From contig JBHLLU010000004.1 of assembly GCA_048938895.1 (NCBI GenBank), forward strand, positions 65,939 to 88,121: a stretch of 22,183 nt of DNA, read 5' to 3'. The DNA comes from Promethearchaeota archaeon. Its GTDB lineage: Archaea; Asgardarchaeota; Lokiarchaeia; Sigyniarchaeales; SOKP01. The notes under the pieces are model-generated. The model saw nothing but the letters and a program-made list of their open reading frames with translations, was not told where the DNA came from and did no database searches. The position numbers and the translations under genes were made by a program. This document shows, piece by piece, positions 8,840 to 16,998 of the stretch (position 1 is its first letter; each line of letters begins with the position of its first letter).

Positions 8840-9766
8840 TCAAGTAAGCTTGCTTTTAATTTGTTTGGCTCGGCTCCTTAAAGTAACTTCGGTTATTTTG
8901 GCAATATCTGCCACTTTTGATTGTGTTTTCCGAATAGAACCATTTTTTGCGGCTATATAGATACACGCAGCAGCTAAGCCCTTTGGATCCTTTCCTGTTC
9001 TTTTTAATCCGTTTCTAGAAGCATCTTTAAGCATATTAATCGCTTCTTTCTGAATTTGAATTGGTAAGTCTAATTCATTTCCAAACCGGAATACAAGTGA
9101 TTCAGCGGTAATTGGCTGGTATCTAAGGTTAAGTTCAGGTAAAACTTCCCTAATTATCATAGCAAGACTTCTATGGACTGTTCTTCTTGGAGTTAATGAA
9201 GCTTCGCAAACCTCATCAAGGAGGCGGGGAAAATCATGAACTCGTATTGCAGCATATAATGAACCTGCAATAAATCCATTAATGGATCTTCCCATGGTTA
9301 ACTTTTTCTTAGCGACTATACTATATACTTTCCATGCAGTTTCAGCGATATATTCAGGAATATTTAGTTTAGATGTAAGCATTTTTAGTTTGGGTTTTGC
9401 TTCCCAAAAATTCCTTTCAATACTAGAAATAAGAGAGTTTTGAATTTTTGAGAGACGAGAAAAAAGAGCTTGTTCTTTCGCACCTATACTTTTACCCTTA
9501 GAATCAGTTTTTGTGTTTGGAAGCATAGTGCGGGGACCAAAATCCCTCCAACGTGGTTCTGTTCGACGACGATTCTGAATTTCTTCGACTGTATATGCCC
9601 TTCTTTCATTTCCAACAAATGTTCTTTCAAAAATTAACCCGCAATTTAAACACACTTTATTACCATCCCGAGCCTCAACAAATGGGTTATCACAACAATA
9701 TGTATGAACTGGTACGTTTTCATCGACTTTATCATCAAAATAACGGTTACGATATTGTTCGTTCAT
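8840..9766 (-). CDS. tfb: Transcription initiation factor IIB (archaeal TFB paralog)
   Basis: Zn ribbon ...VCLNCGLI, B-reader-like ERRAYTVEE, ERN linker, cyclin repeat 1 with GRS...AGSLYAA.R....PR.L.E, cyclin repeat 2 with GKDPKGLAAACIY, and HTH TQSKVADIAKITEVTLRSR. Confidence 0.95.
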   Translation of the reverse strand: MNEQYRNRYFDDKVDENVPVHTYCCDNPFVEARDGNKVCLNCGLIFERTFVGNERRAYTVEEIQNRRRTEPRWRDFGPRTMLPNTKTDSKGKSIGAKEQALFSRLSKIQNSLISSIERNFWEAKPKLKMLTSKLNIPEYIAETAWKVYSIVAKKKLTMGRSINGFIAGSLYAAIRVHDFPRLLDEVCEASLTPRRTVHRSLAMIIREVLPELNLRYQPITAESLVFRFGNELDLPIQIQKEAINMLKDASRNGLKRTGKDPKGLAAACIYIAAKNGSIRKTQSKVADIAKITEVTLRSRAKQIKSKLT

Positions 9767-9812
9767 ATTATACTCACAAAATATTGAATTGAAAAAGAAT
9801 ACGGTAAATCTA

Positions 9813-9852
9813 ATATCACCAGAGTGATATAATAAGGTGATAATAATGTGAT
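9813..9852. promoter_or_regulatory. Palindrome ATATCAC-N4-GTGATAT plus two more GTGAT half-sites, candidate operator
   Basis: Perfect 7-bp inverted repeat at 9813-9830. GTGAT occurs at 9824, 9837 and 9848, in the divergent tfb/aor intergenic region. Confidence 0.5.
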
Positions 9853-9876
9853 GTAATATTCATACATCTAGTTGTA

Positions 9877-9884
9877 TATTTAAA
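9877..9884 (-). promoter_or_regulatory. Candidate TATA box for tfb
   Basis: Minus strand TTTAAATA matches the archaeal TTTAWATA consensus, about 110 nt upstream of the tfb ATG. Confidence 0.45.
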
Positions 9885-10091
9885 TCTATGTCTATGTTGA
9901 AATTTTTTTTAACGATTTCATGAAAATTTCAAGGTTTTTTTGTTTATATTATAAGGATCTTTCTCATTTTTCTAATTATCTTACTATAAAATCCATTTTT
10001 TGTAAAATAATTTCAATTTTGAGATATGAAAGATTTAGGATTAAGACAATTTAAGATAATAATAATATAATTTCAATTATTATTGATTATA

Positions 10092-11807
10092 ATGAAAATC
10101 GTAAGAATTAATGTTAACTCCGAAAAATTAATTTATGAAGATATTGCGAGAGATTCAAAATATTTCTTATTAGGTGGCCGCGGATTAAGCTCTTTTTTAA
10201 TTAATGAAGAAGTTCCACCTTTGAGCGATCCTTTAGGTGAGGAGAATAAACTAATTTTAGCTAATGGCTTATTAACTGGCAGTCCATTTCCATGTTCTGC
10301 TCGTACTTCTGTTGGTGCTAAGAGTCCTTTAACTAATGGGATAAAAGAAGCAAATGTAGGAGGTCGCCCTTCTATAATGTTAGCTTTTCACGGGATTAGG
10401 GCAATAGTTTTAGAAAGAATATCATCAGAATTAAAGTTCATCATTTTTGATAGGGAAGGGATAAAATTCGAAAGAGCTGAGGTCTATAAAGGATTTGGTA
10501 ATTACGATCTTCATAAACATTTATATCAAAAGTATGGTGATAAAATAGGCATATATTCTATTGGTCCTGCTGGAGAATATTTAATGAAATCAGCAACTGT
10601 AGCGACTAATGATTTAGAAGGATATCCAAGTCGTCATGCAGCAAGAGGTGGTTTGGGTGCTGTTATGGGGTCAAAAAGAATTAAAGCAATCATAATACTT
10701 CCATTAAAAAGTTCACAAGTTAAAGTATTTGATATTAAAGCCTTTCGTGAAGTATCAAAACCGTTTGCTAAAACTTTGGCTGAAACGAAAAAGAATTTCT
10801 CTATTTATGGAACCCCGAACATGGTTCAAGCTATGAGTGCATATGGTGGTTTACCTACGAAAAGTTTTAGGAGAGGTTCATATGAAAAAGCTGAAGACAT
10901 TTCAGGAGAAAGACTTCATGAACTTGTTATAACTAGAAATGGAAGAAAACGTGTACCTTGTAGCCCTACATGTGTTATTAAATGTTCTAATATAGTTGTT
11001 GATGAGAAAGGTGAGCATATAACATCAAGTTTAGAATATGAAACCATCTTCGCAAATGGTTCAAATCTATTAATTAATAATCTTGATGATGTAGCGAGAA
11101 TAGATCATCTCTGTGATGATACAGGAATTGACACAATTGAATTTGGAGTCACAATCGGTGTTGCAATGGATGCAGGAAAAGTTCAATGGGGTGATTCGAA
11201 TAAAGTTTTTGAGATCATAGCAGAAATAAAATGTGGTTCCTCTATTGGTAAGCTTTATGGTAATGGTGCTTGCCATTTTGGAAAAGAAACTGGATTTGAA
11301 AGAGTTCCACACGTTAAAGGGCAAGGTATTTCAGGTTATGACCCACGAGTTTTTAAAGCTATGAGTATAACTTACGCAACCAGTCCTATGGGTGCGGATC
11401 ATACTGCTGGTGCTGCTATTGCTGGAAGAACCGCAAATCAAGAAAAAGATTATGGAGAACTTACTGAGAATGAAGGAAAACTTGATTTATCATATGAACT
11501 GCAACTTTACACAGCAATCTTAGATTCATTAGGATGTTGTTATTTTATAGGTCCAAGTTATGAGAATATGGAAATAGTAAAAGGAGCATTAAATGCGATG
11601 TACAACTTAGAATTAACTCGAACTGATGTAATTAATATTGGTAAACAAATTTTAAAATCTGAAATAAAATTTAATGAAAAAGCGGGAATTCACCAAGATC
11701 TAAATAAATTACCTGAATTTTTTAAAACTGAAGCTTCTGAACCTTCTGGTCTAAAATTTACTTTCACACAAGAAGAATTAAAGAATTTCTGGAAAATATT
11801 AAGATAA
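10092..11807 (+). CDS. aor: Aldehyde:ferredoxin oxidoreductase family protein (W/Mo-pterin, 4Fe-4S)
   Basis: LGGRGL, AKSPLT.GIKEAN.GG, SIGPAGE, AARGGLGAVMGSK, YGT, C..TC.IKC cluster motif, EYET, CDD.GIDTIE, DSLG.C. ATG at 10092. Confidence 0.95.
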   Translation: MKIVRINVNSEKLIYEDIARDSKYFLLGGRGLSSFLINEEVPPLSDPLGEENKLILANGLLTGSPFPCSARTSVGAKSPLTNGIKEANVGGRPSIMLAFHGIRAIVLERISSELKFIIFDREGIKFERAEVYKGFGNYDLHKHLYQKYGDKIGIYSIGPAGEYLMKSATVATNDLEGYPSRHAARGGLGAVMGSKRIKAIIILPLKSSQVKVFDIKAFREVSKPFAKTLAETKKNFSIYGTPNMVQAMSAYGGLPTKSFRRGSYEKAEDISGERLHELVITRNGRKRVPCSPTCVIKCSNIVVDEKGEHITSSLEYETIFANGSNLLINNLDDVARIDHLCDDTGIDTIEFGVTIGVAMDAGKVQWGDSNKVFEIIAEIKCGSSIGKLYGNGACHFGKETGFERVPHVKGQGISGYDPRVFKAMSITYATSPMGADHTAGAAIAGRTANQEKDYGELTENEGKLDLSYELQLYTAILDSLGCCYFIGPSYENMEIVKGALNAMYNLELTRTDVINIGKQILKSEIKFNEKAGIHQDLNKLPEFFKTEASEPSGLKFTFTQEELKNFWKILR

Positions 11808-11890
11808 TAATGAAGTTTATTTTCCTTTCAATTTTATTAGATTTCAAGTCTAGATATTGATTTAAAAAAACCACAATAAGGAGAACTGAA

Positions 11891-12760
11891 GTGAGAATTG
11901 GGGCTCATATGAGTGTATCTGAAGGTAAAGATAAAGCTCTTGAAATAGGGAAAGAGTTAGGCTGTGAATCTATCCAAGTTTTTATTAGAAATGTTCGCAG
12001 TTGGTCTTCTAAACCATTGGAACAACAGGATATTAATGATTTTTTAAGGAAGAAAGAAGATTTGAAAGAGCATATATGGCCAATTATATCTCATAACAGC
12101 TATTTAGTAAATCTCGCAACTTTGGATAAAGAGAAATTAGAAAAATCTTATGATGCCATGTTAGATGAACTTACTAAAGCTGAACAATTATCGATCGAAT
12201 ATGAAAATATGCATCCCGGAGTCATTCCTACAAGTGATAAAAAAGATATTACAAAAAATGAAGCCTTAACTCAAATAGCTGCCCAATTAAATAAACTGAT
12301 GGAAGTTACCGCCCCATCAGGTGTTATAATATTACTTGAAACTACTGCGGGACAAGGTAAAGGCTTAGGGAATAAATTTCATCACTTTAAAACTATAATA
12401 GGTAAAATTCAAAATAAAAACCGGATTGGAATTTGTTTTGATACCGCCCATTCTTTTGCAGCAGGATATGATTTTACCTCAAAACAAGGATATGAGGAGA
12501 TGTGGAATGAATTTGATGATATTATCGGAATAAAGTATCTTTTTGCTTTCCATTTGAATGATACAGATAAGGATTGCGGTTCAAGAGTCGATAGACATAC
12601 TCATATTGGACAAGGAAAAATCGGAAAAGAAACTTTTGGGTTCTTTATAAATGATGACCGTTTTAAGGATATGCCAGGAATATTAGAAACTCCAAAGGGG
12701 AAAGATATGAAAGAGGATATAATGAATTTAAAAATACTTAAATCATTGAGGAAAAAGTGA
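11891..12760 (+). CDS. nfo: Endonuclease IV (AP endonuclease family 2)
   Basis: IGAHMS, SHNSYLVNLA, HPG, LLETTAGQG, CFDTAH, HLND, DRH.HIGQG.IG and ILETP supply the tri-metal ligands. GTG start preceded by AAGGAG. Confidence 0.97.
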   Translation: MRIGAHMSVSEGKDKALEIGKELGCESIQVFIRNVRSWSSKPLEQQDINDFLRKKEDLKEHIWPIISHNSYLVNLATLDKEKLEKSYDAMLDELTKAEQLSIEYENMHPGVIPTSDKKDITKNEALTQIAAQLNKLMEVTAPSGVIILLETTAGQGKGLGNKFHHFKTIIGKIQNKNRIGICFDTAHSFAAGYDFTSKQGYEEMWNEFDDIIGIKYLFAFHLNDTDKDCGSRVDRHTHIGQGKIGKETFGFFINDDRFKDMPGILETPKGKDMKEDIMNLKILKSLRKK

Positions 12761-12761
12761 A

Positions 12762-13157
12762 TTATTCAACTTTAAACCCTACTGGAGATTTATCGAATGG
12801 GTCTCCGTTATAATTAACAGTAATTTCCTCTCCTTTAGATATATTTCGTATTGCTGTGTATTTAATTGATTTATTTTTATAATTATAACTATATTCAACA
12901 TTGGGTGTATAAGAATGATTTATGAACTGATTGACGCTTAGTGAAATTGCTGATTCATAATGACCTTTATATTTCGGATCATCCCATTCAAAGATATAGC
13001 GTGATAAAATAGTATCCTTGATTAAATCCCATTCCTTATTAGAAATAAGAATTATATGTGCTATCTCCACTGTTTTACCTTTTTCTATATCTTTTTTGGC
13101 AAAAACACCTTTTCCTTTTGTGTAGGAAATAAATTTTACTTCCGTTAGTTTATTCAT
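12762..13157 (-). CDS. Stand-alone SET-domain protein (putative protein-lysine methyltransferase), copy 2
   Basis: KGKGVFA...I.KG, FINHSYTPN, A.RNI.KGEEITVNY. ATG at 13157, or TTG at 13169. Confidence 0.93.
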   Translation of the reverse strand: MNKLTEVKFISYTKGKGVFAKKDIEKGKTVEIAHIILISNKEWDLIKDTILSRYIFEWDDPKYKGHYESAISLSVNQFINHSYTPNVEYSYNYKNKSIKYTAIRNISKGEEITVNYNGDPFDKSPVGFKVE

Positions 13158-13203
13158 TTCATATCTCAATATTTAAATTTAATATTTATTCAAAATACGG
13201 ATA

Positions 13204-13608
13204 TTATTCTACTTCAAACCACATTGGACTTTTGTCATCAACGAAACCATTATAATTCACTGTTAGTTCTTCTCCCTGAGATATATCTTTTATTGCAGAA
13301 AATTCTATAACATTATTGTCATAATCGTAAAGATATTTTAAATTAGGATCATAGGAATGGTTGATGAATTGACTTATACTCAGAGTGATAGCATTTTTAA
13401 ATTCTGGCATATGCTTTGGGTCTTCCCAAATGTAACAGTAGTTATAAAGTATTGTTTTGCTAATCTTCTTGAATTCCTTATTAGGGATAGGAATTACATA
13501 TGCAATGTCTATAATAGTTCCTTTTGTAATTGGTTTTTTTGCAAATGCTCCTTTCCCTTTCTTTTCAGAAGCTTTCTTAACTTTAATAAAGTCGTGTAAT
13601 ATTATCAC
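13204..13608 (-). CDS. Stand-alone SET-domain protein, copy 1
   Basis: KGKGAFA, FINHSYDPN, A.KDI.QGEELTVNY. GTG start. Clear paralog of the adjacent gene. Confidence 0.93.
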   Translation of the reverse strand: MIILHDFIKVKKASEKKGKGAFAKKPITKGTIIDIAYVIPIPNKEFKKISKTILYNYCYIWEDPKHMPEFKNAITLSISQFINHSYDPNLKYLYDYDNNVIEFSAIKDISQGEELTVNYNGFVDDKSPMWFEVE

Positions 13609-13634
13609 CTTAAGATGGTTAATCCGTATTGAAT

Positions 13635-14225
13635 CTATTCTACCGAGGCATGCCTTTTATCAATATCCTCTTCAGTCACTCCCAATTCATTCATTAAAAC
13701 TCCACCCATTGAATCTAAAACTGCTAGGGCTGAGATATCAAATAAACTGGTATAGGGAGCTAAAGTTTTTAGAGAAAGCGCAAGGTCTTTACTTTTACCT
13801 TTTATGGTGATTATATAGTCAGATATCTTTCCAATCGAGCTATTTGGGTTATTACTTAATAAGATAATTTTTCCTCCAATTTGTTTTGCTTTTTTGCCTA
13901 GTGCAACAGTGGATGTAGTTTCACCACTTCCACTAATTAGAATTAATAGATCATTTTCTTTATATTGGTAAGTTACCGCATCTGAGATAAAACAAGATTT
14001 AATTCCTAAATGCATTAATCTTTGAGCAAAACACCTCCCAATAAATCCAGATCTACCCGCTCCATAGATAAAAATGATCCCATTGTTTTCATGAATTTGT
14101 TTTATTAATTTTATGGTATTTGCAACATCATTAAAATTTATATTGGCTGAATTTTTCTTTATTTGATTAGCAATCTCGAGCAATGTATCATTAAATCGTG
14201 TAGAGGCCTTATTATTTGTTTTCAT
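13635..14225 (-). CDS. hxlB: 6-phospho-3-hexuloisomerase-like SIS-domain protein
   Basis: IFIYGAGRSG, FAQRLMHLG, LILISGSGET and C-terminal RHASVE (family consensus RHANLE). Confidence 0.88.
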   Translation of the reverse strand: MKTNNKASTRFNDTLLEIANQIKKNSANINFNDVANTIKLIKQIHENNGIIFIYGAGRSGFIGRCFAQRLMHLGIKSCFISDAVTYQYKENDLLILISGSGETTSTVALGKKAKQIGGKIILLSNNPNSSIGKISDYIITIKGKSKDLALSLKTLAPYTSLFDISALAVLDSMGGVLMNELGVTEEDIDKRHASVE

Positions 14226-14256
14226 CTTTTCACCAAAATTGTTTTCATTTTTTCAG

Positions 14257-15528
14257 TTACTCTCTATACTTTTCAGGGTTAACACACTTTCGCCATTCTA
14301 AAACTGTTTCTTTTGGACCTAAACCTATAAGGCGATCACCTTCTTGAAAAATAAAATCTGGAGCGAAGCGATAAATCCATTTGTTTTCTCTCTTTAAGGC
14401 AATAATATGAAAACCACGTTTATATCTTCTATCTTGCAGTTCGCTATATGATTTTTCCTTGAAAAATGAGTCTTCAGATAATGTTTCTCTTACTACGATT
14501 TCTGAAGTCTCTCTAATAGCTTGCTGGAGAATAGGGTGAGGTTCAAATCCTTTAATTATATTTTCTGCAATATGTGTTGCTGCATCTGCAATAAGTTCAC
14601 ATGAAAAGATAATTCGCATAATTCCTGTTAGATCTCGTGGTGTTTCTACGAGTTTGACAAAGTCGAGGAGGTCTTTTTCAAATGCTAAATTAAGCCCATC
14701 CATTAATTCTTCCATTTCTAAGATATCTTCGGCAAGTTCATCATTATTAAGGAAAATAGCAGCCAAAGCTAATTCAATCATAGTTTCTGAGATATCTGTA
14801 ATTAAGACATAATTTTTTTGAAGTTCTTCAATTTTTTCACAAATATCGGAATTTTCAAAATCAAGCAATAGATCTGTCTTTTGCTCCCCAATTTCAAATG
14901 AAAAGGGTTCAAGATCATTACATTGGGCTTTTAGTTCTATTATCGGTTGTATTTCCCCCTTTACAATTAAGATATCCTTTAATAGAATTTTTTCAGTTTT
15001 TTCAAAAAGCCATTCATCGCCTCTCCGGATTGCGATTAAGTCAACACCATGTTTAGATCTAAAGTGAATATCAGCTCTAACCTGTCCAATAAAATTACAG
15101 TCTTTATTTACTATAATTTTTACAATGGGCTCAGGAACAAAACTTATATCACTAAATAATTGGATAAAGTATTGGATGTCATTATTGATATACACAACTC
15201 GAGCTATATCACTCAGAGCATCGGAAATTTTATCAATTGAATAGCCCATAACCACAATAGGTTCTAACTTTTTGGCACCCTCTTGACCTTGTGGGTGAGC
15301 TTGTATTATTTGAAAATTTAGTAAAAAGGTAAGTTCATGAATTCTTTGCTCAATTTTATAAACTTCGTCAGCTAATTCTTTGCTACCAAATTTTATAGCA
15401 CTATAAGCCAAATCAATCATTAAATCTATATTCTGTTTCATCTCTCTTATGATTTCTTTAAGGGAGAGTGGCTTATATTTAAACTTTTTACTACGTTTGG
15501 GCATATTGTTGTATTCCTCATTGTTCAT
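14257..15528 (-). CDS. Soluble regulator with tandem-duplicated PhoU plus TrkA-C (RCK_C) modules
   Basis: Two repeats: LMIDLAYSA....ELADEV..IE / DKISDA / GVDLIAIRRGDEW, and TMIELALAA....ELAEDI..ME / ELIADAA / GFHIIALKRENKW...GDRLIGLG. Confidence 0.88.
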   Translation of the reverse strand: MNNEEYNNMPKRSKKFKYKPLSLKEIIREMKQNIDLMIDLAYSAIKFGSKELADEVYKIEQRIHELTFLLNFQIIQAHPQGQEGAKKLEPIVVMGYSIDKISDALSDIARVVYINNDIQYFIQLFSDISFVPEPIVKIIVNKDCNFIGQVRADIHFRSKHGVDLIAIRRGDEWLFEKTEKILLKDILIVKGEIQPIIELKAQCNDLEPFSFEIGEQKTDLLLDFENSDICEKIEELQKNYVLITDISETMIELALAAIFLNNDELAEDILEMEELMDGLNLAFEKDLLDFVKLVETPRDLTGIMRIIFSCELIADAATHIAENIIKGFEPHPILQQAIRETSEIVVRETLSEDSFFKEKSYSELQDRRYKRGFHIIALKRENKWIYRFAPDFIFQEGDRLIGLGPKETVLEWRKCVNPEKYRE

Positions 15529-15540
15529 ATTAATTTGATT

Positions 15541-16092
15541 TTATATAAATGTTTTTATAAAGATTATAATGAATAAAGGGGTAAGAAAATCTGACAATGA
15601 TGTTATAAAGGGAATAAGAAAATTATTTGGATCAGTACCACGTTTAAAAAGGTAGATTGCACTTAAAAATAATGAAATGAACATGATAAAAAAGAGTATT
15701 AAGATTGTTAGAAGCATAATTAAAATCATTGCAATTGGATTTACCAATTCGACCCCAGTTATAATTCCAACAAAAATTGCGGTGATTATTAAAAAACCAA
15801 GACTTATTAAGAGGGTTAAAAGAAGTCCATAGAAATCGTCTTTAATTCTTTTAGATTTCCTGATTTTAGGTAAGATGGTCCCTATATACAGATGGGTAGT
15901 TAGTCTTGATACTAAAACTGTCGAGATATCCCCAATTAAAGAGTTTAATGCTGGTAATATTAAAAGGAAAATAGGGATAGAATAGAGAATTTCATCATTA
16001 AATGATAATAATGTTCCAGAAAATAAACCAAAAACAGAAGATAAGATTACAATAATAATCGATTCTTTGAAGATTTTTAAAAAGTAATTCAT
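15541..16092 (-). CDS. MgtE/SLC41-type membrane domain, C-terminal-repeat-like half
   Basis: PALNSLIGD, SRLTT.LY.G, DPNNFLIPFITSLSD and 5 TM segments. The ATG at 16092 overlaps the upstream stop as TAATG. Confidence 0.88.
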   Translation of the reverse strand: MNYFLKIFKESIIIVILSSVFGLFSGTLLSFNDEILYSIPIFLLILPALNSLIGDISTVLVSRLTTHLYIGTILPKIRKSKRIKDDFYGLLLTLLISLGFLIITAIFVGIITGVELVNPIAMILIMLLTILILFFIMFISLFLSAIYLFKRGTDPNNFLIPFITSLSDFLTPLFIIIFIKTFI

Positions 16093-16646
16093 TAAGGCAC
16101 CCCCAAGAGTATTAGTGTTAAGAAGAAGCAAAAAACCGTGAAAAAATCATCAACAGCAGTCATAACAGGATTTACAATATTATTGGGGTTCAATCCTTTT
16201 TTAAAAGCAATATAATTTAATCCCGTTGAGCAGGGAATTGAAATAGAAAGAGTGAGGATTATTGATATTAAAGGAATAGTAAAATATTCTGAAATTGTAA
16301 GAGCAATTAAATGTAAAATTACTATATTTAAAAAAAGTGAAAACAACCCAATAATAATTGCGGTTATAATTGCTAAAAGATATGTAGCAAAAATATTTTC
16401 TAGCCAAGACCTTTTAGAAAAAGTACCAATAATCAGATCACGAGAAGTTCTTGCAATAAAGGGACCACTTAGATTTCCTCTCAATGAAAGGAGTGCAGGA
16501 ATAATTAAAATCAGGGCAATAAAGCTATCAAATGGTACAATTAAAAGAGATAAAATTATACCAGCTAAAATATCTCCAATAATAGAGACTGATTCTGATG
16601 GAAAGGTTTCCTTAATAATTTTACTCTTAGTATCTTGAATCTCCAT
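16092..16646 (-). CDS. MgtE/SLC41-type membrane domain, N-terminal-repeat-like half
   Basis: PALLSLRGN (PX6GN), GLNPNNIVNPVMTAVDD and 5 TM segments. SD-like GAGGAAGG upstream of the ATG. Confidence 0.88.
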   Translation of the reverse strand: MEIQDTKSKIIKETFPSESVSIIGDILAGIILSLLIVPFDSFIALILIIPALLSLRGNLSGPFIARTSRDLIIGTFSKRSWLENIFATYLLAIITAIIIGLFSLFLNIVILHLIALTISEYFTIPLISIILTLSISIPCSTGLNYIAFKKGLNPNNIVNPVMTAVDDFFTVFCFFLTLILLGVP

Positions 16647-16998
16647 ATGCCTTCCTCATCAGAATTTTTTATTTCAAGAATTTGATTTACTATCATATGT
16701 TTTTAATATTTTTAGGGGATATTTCAATTTAAAACTTAGTTAATTATATTATTCATCTAAAATTTTTAAATATTTAGGTACCCCTAAATTTATCATAATA
16801 ATCTTATAAGATTGGGATATAAATCATGCAAATTCTTATAATATTAACTTATTAAAGCATATTTAAATTTTATTTTATTAAGTTTTGATTTTTTGTTAAC
16901 TAGATTTAGTTAAAAGCTAAAATAATAGCAAAATATTTCTATTGTATGATCTTATAAACAACTTTATTTAAAAAAAACTATTCCTTATCATTGTTTAC

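Noticed and set aside
10950-10990. AOR cluster motif C-x3-C-x3-C instead of C-x2-C-x3-C
   Set aside because: A minor spacing variant within the family; the other cofactor motifs are intact.
12758-12760. TGA stops (nfo, tfb, ATPase copy 1, GT-C) as possible selenocysteine codons
   Set aside because: Each falls at the natural C-terminus, none aligns with a catalytic Cys position, and I saw no SECIS-like hairpin.
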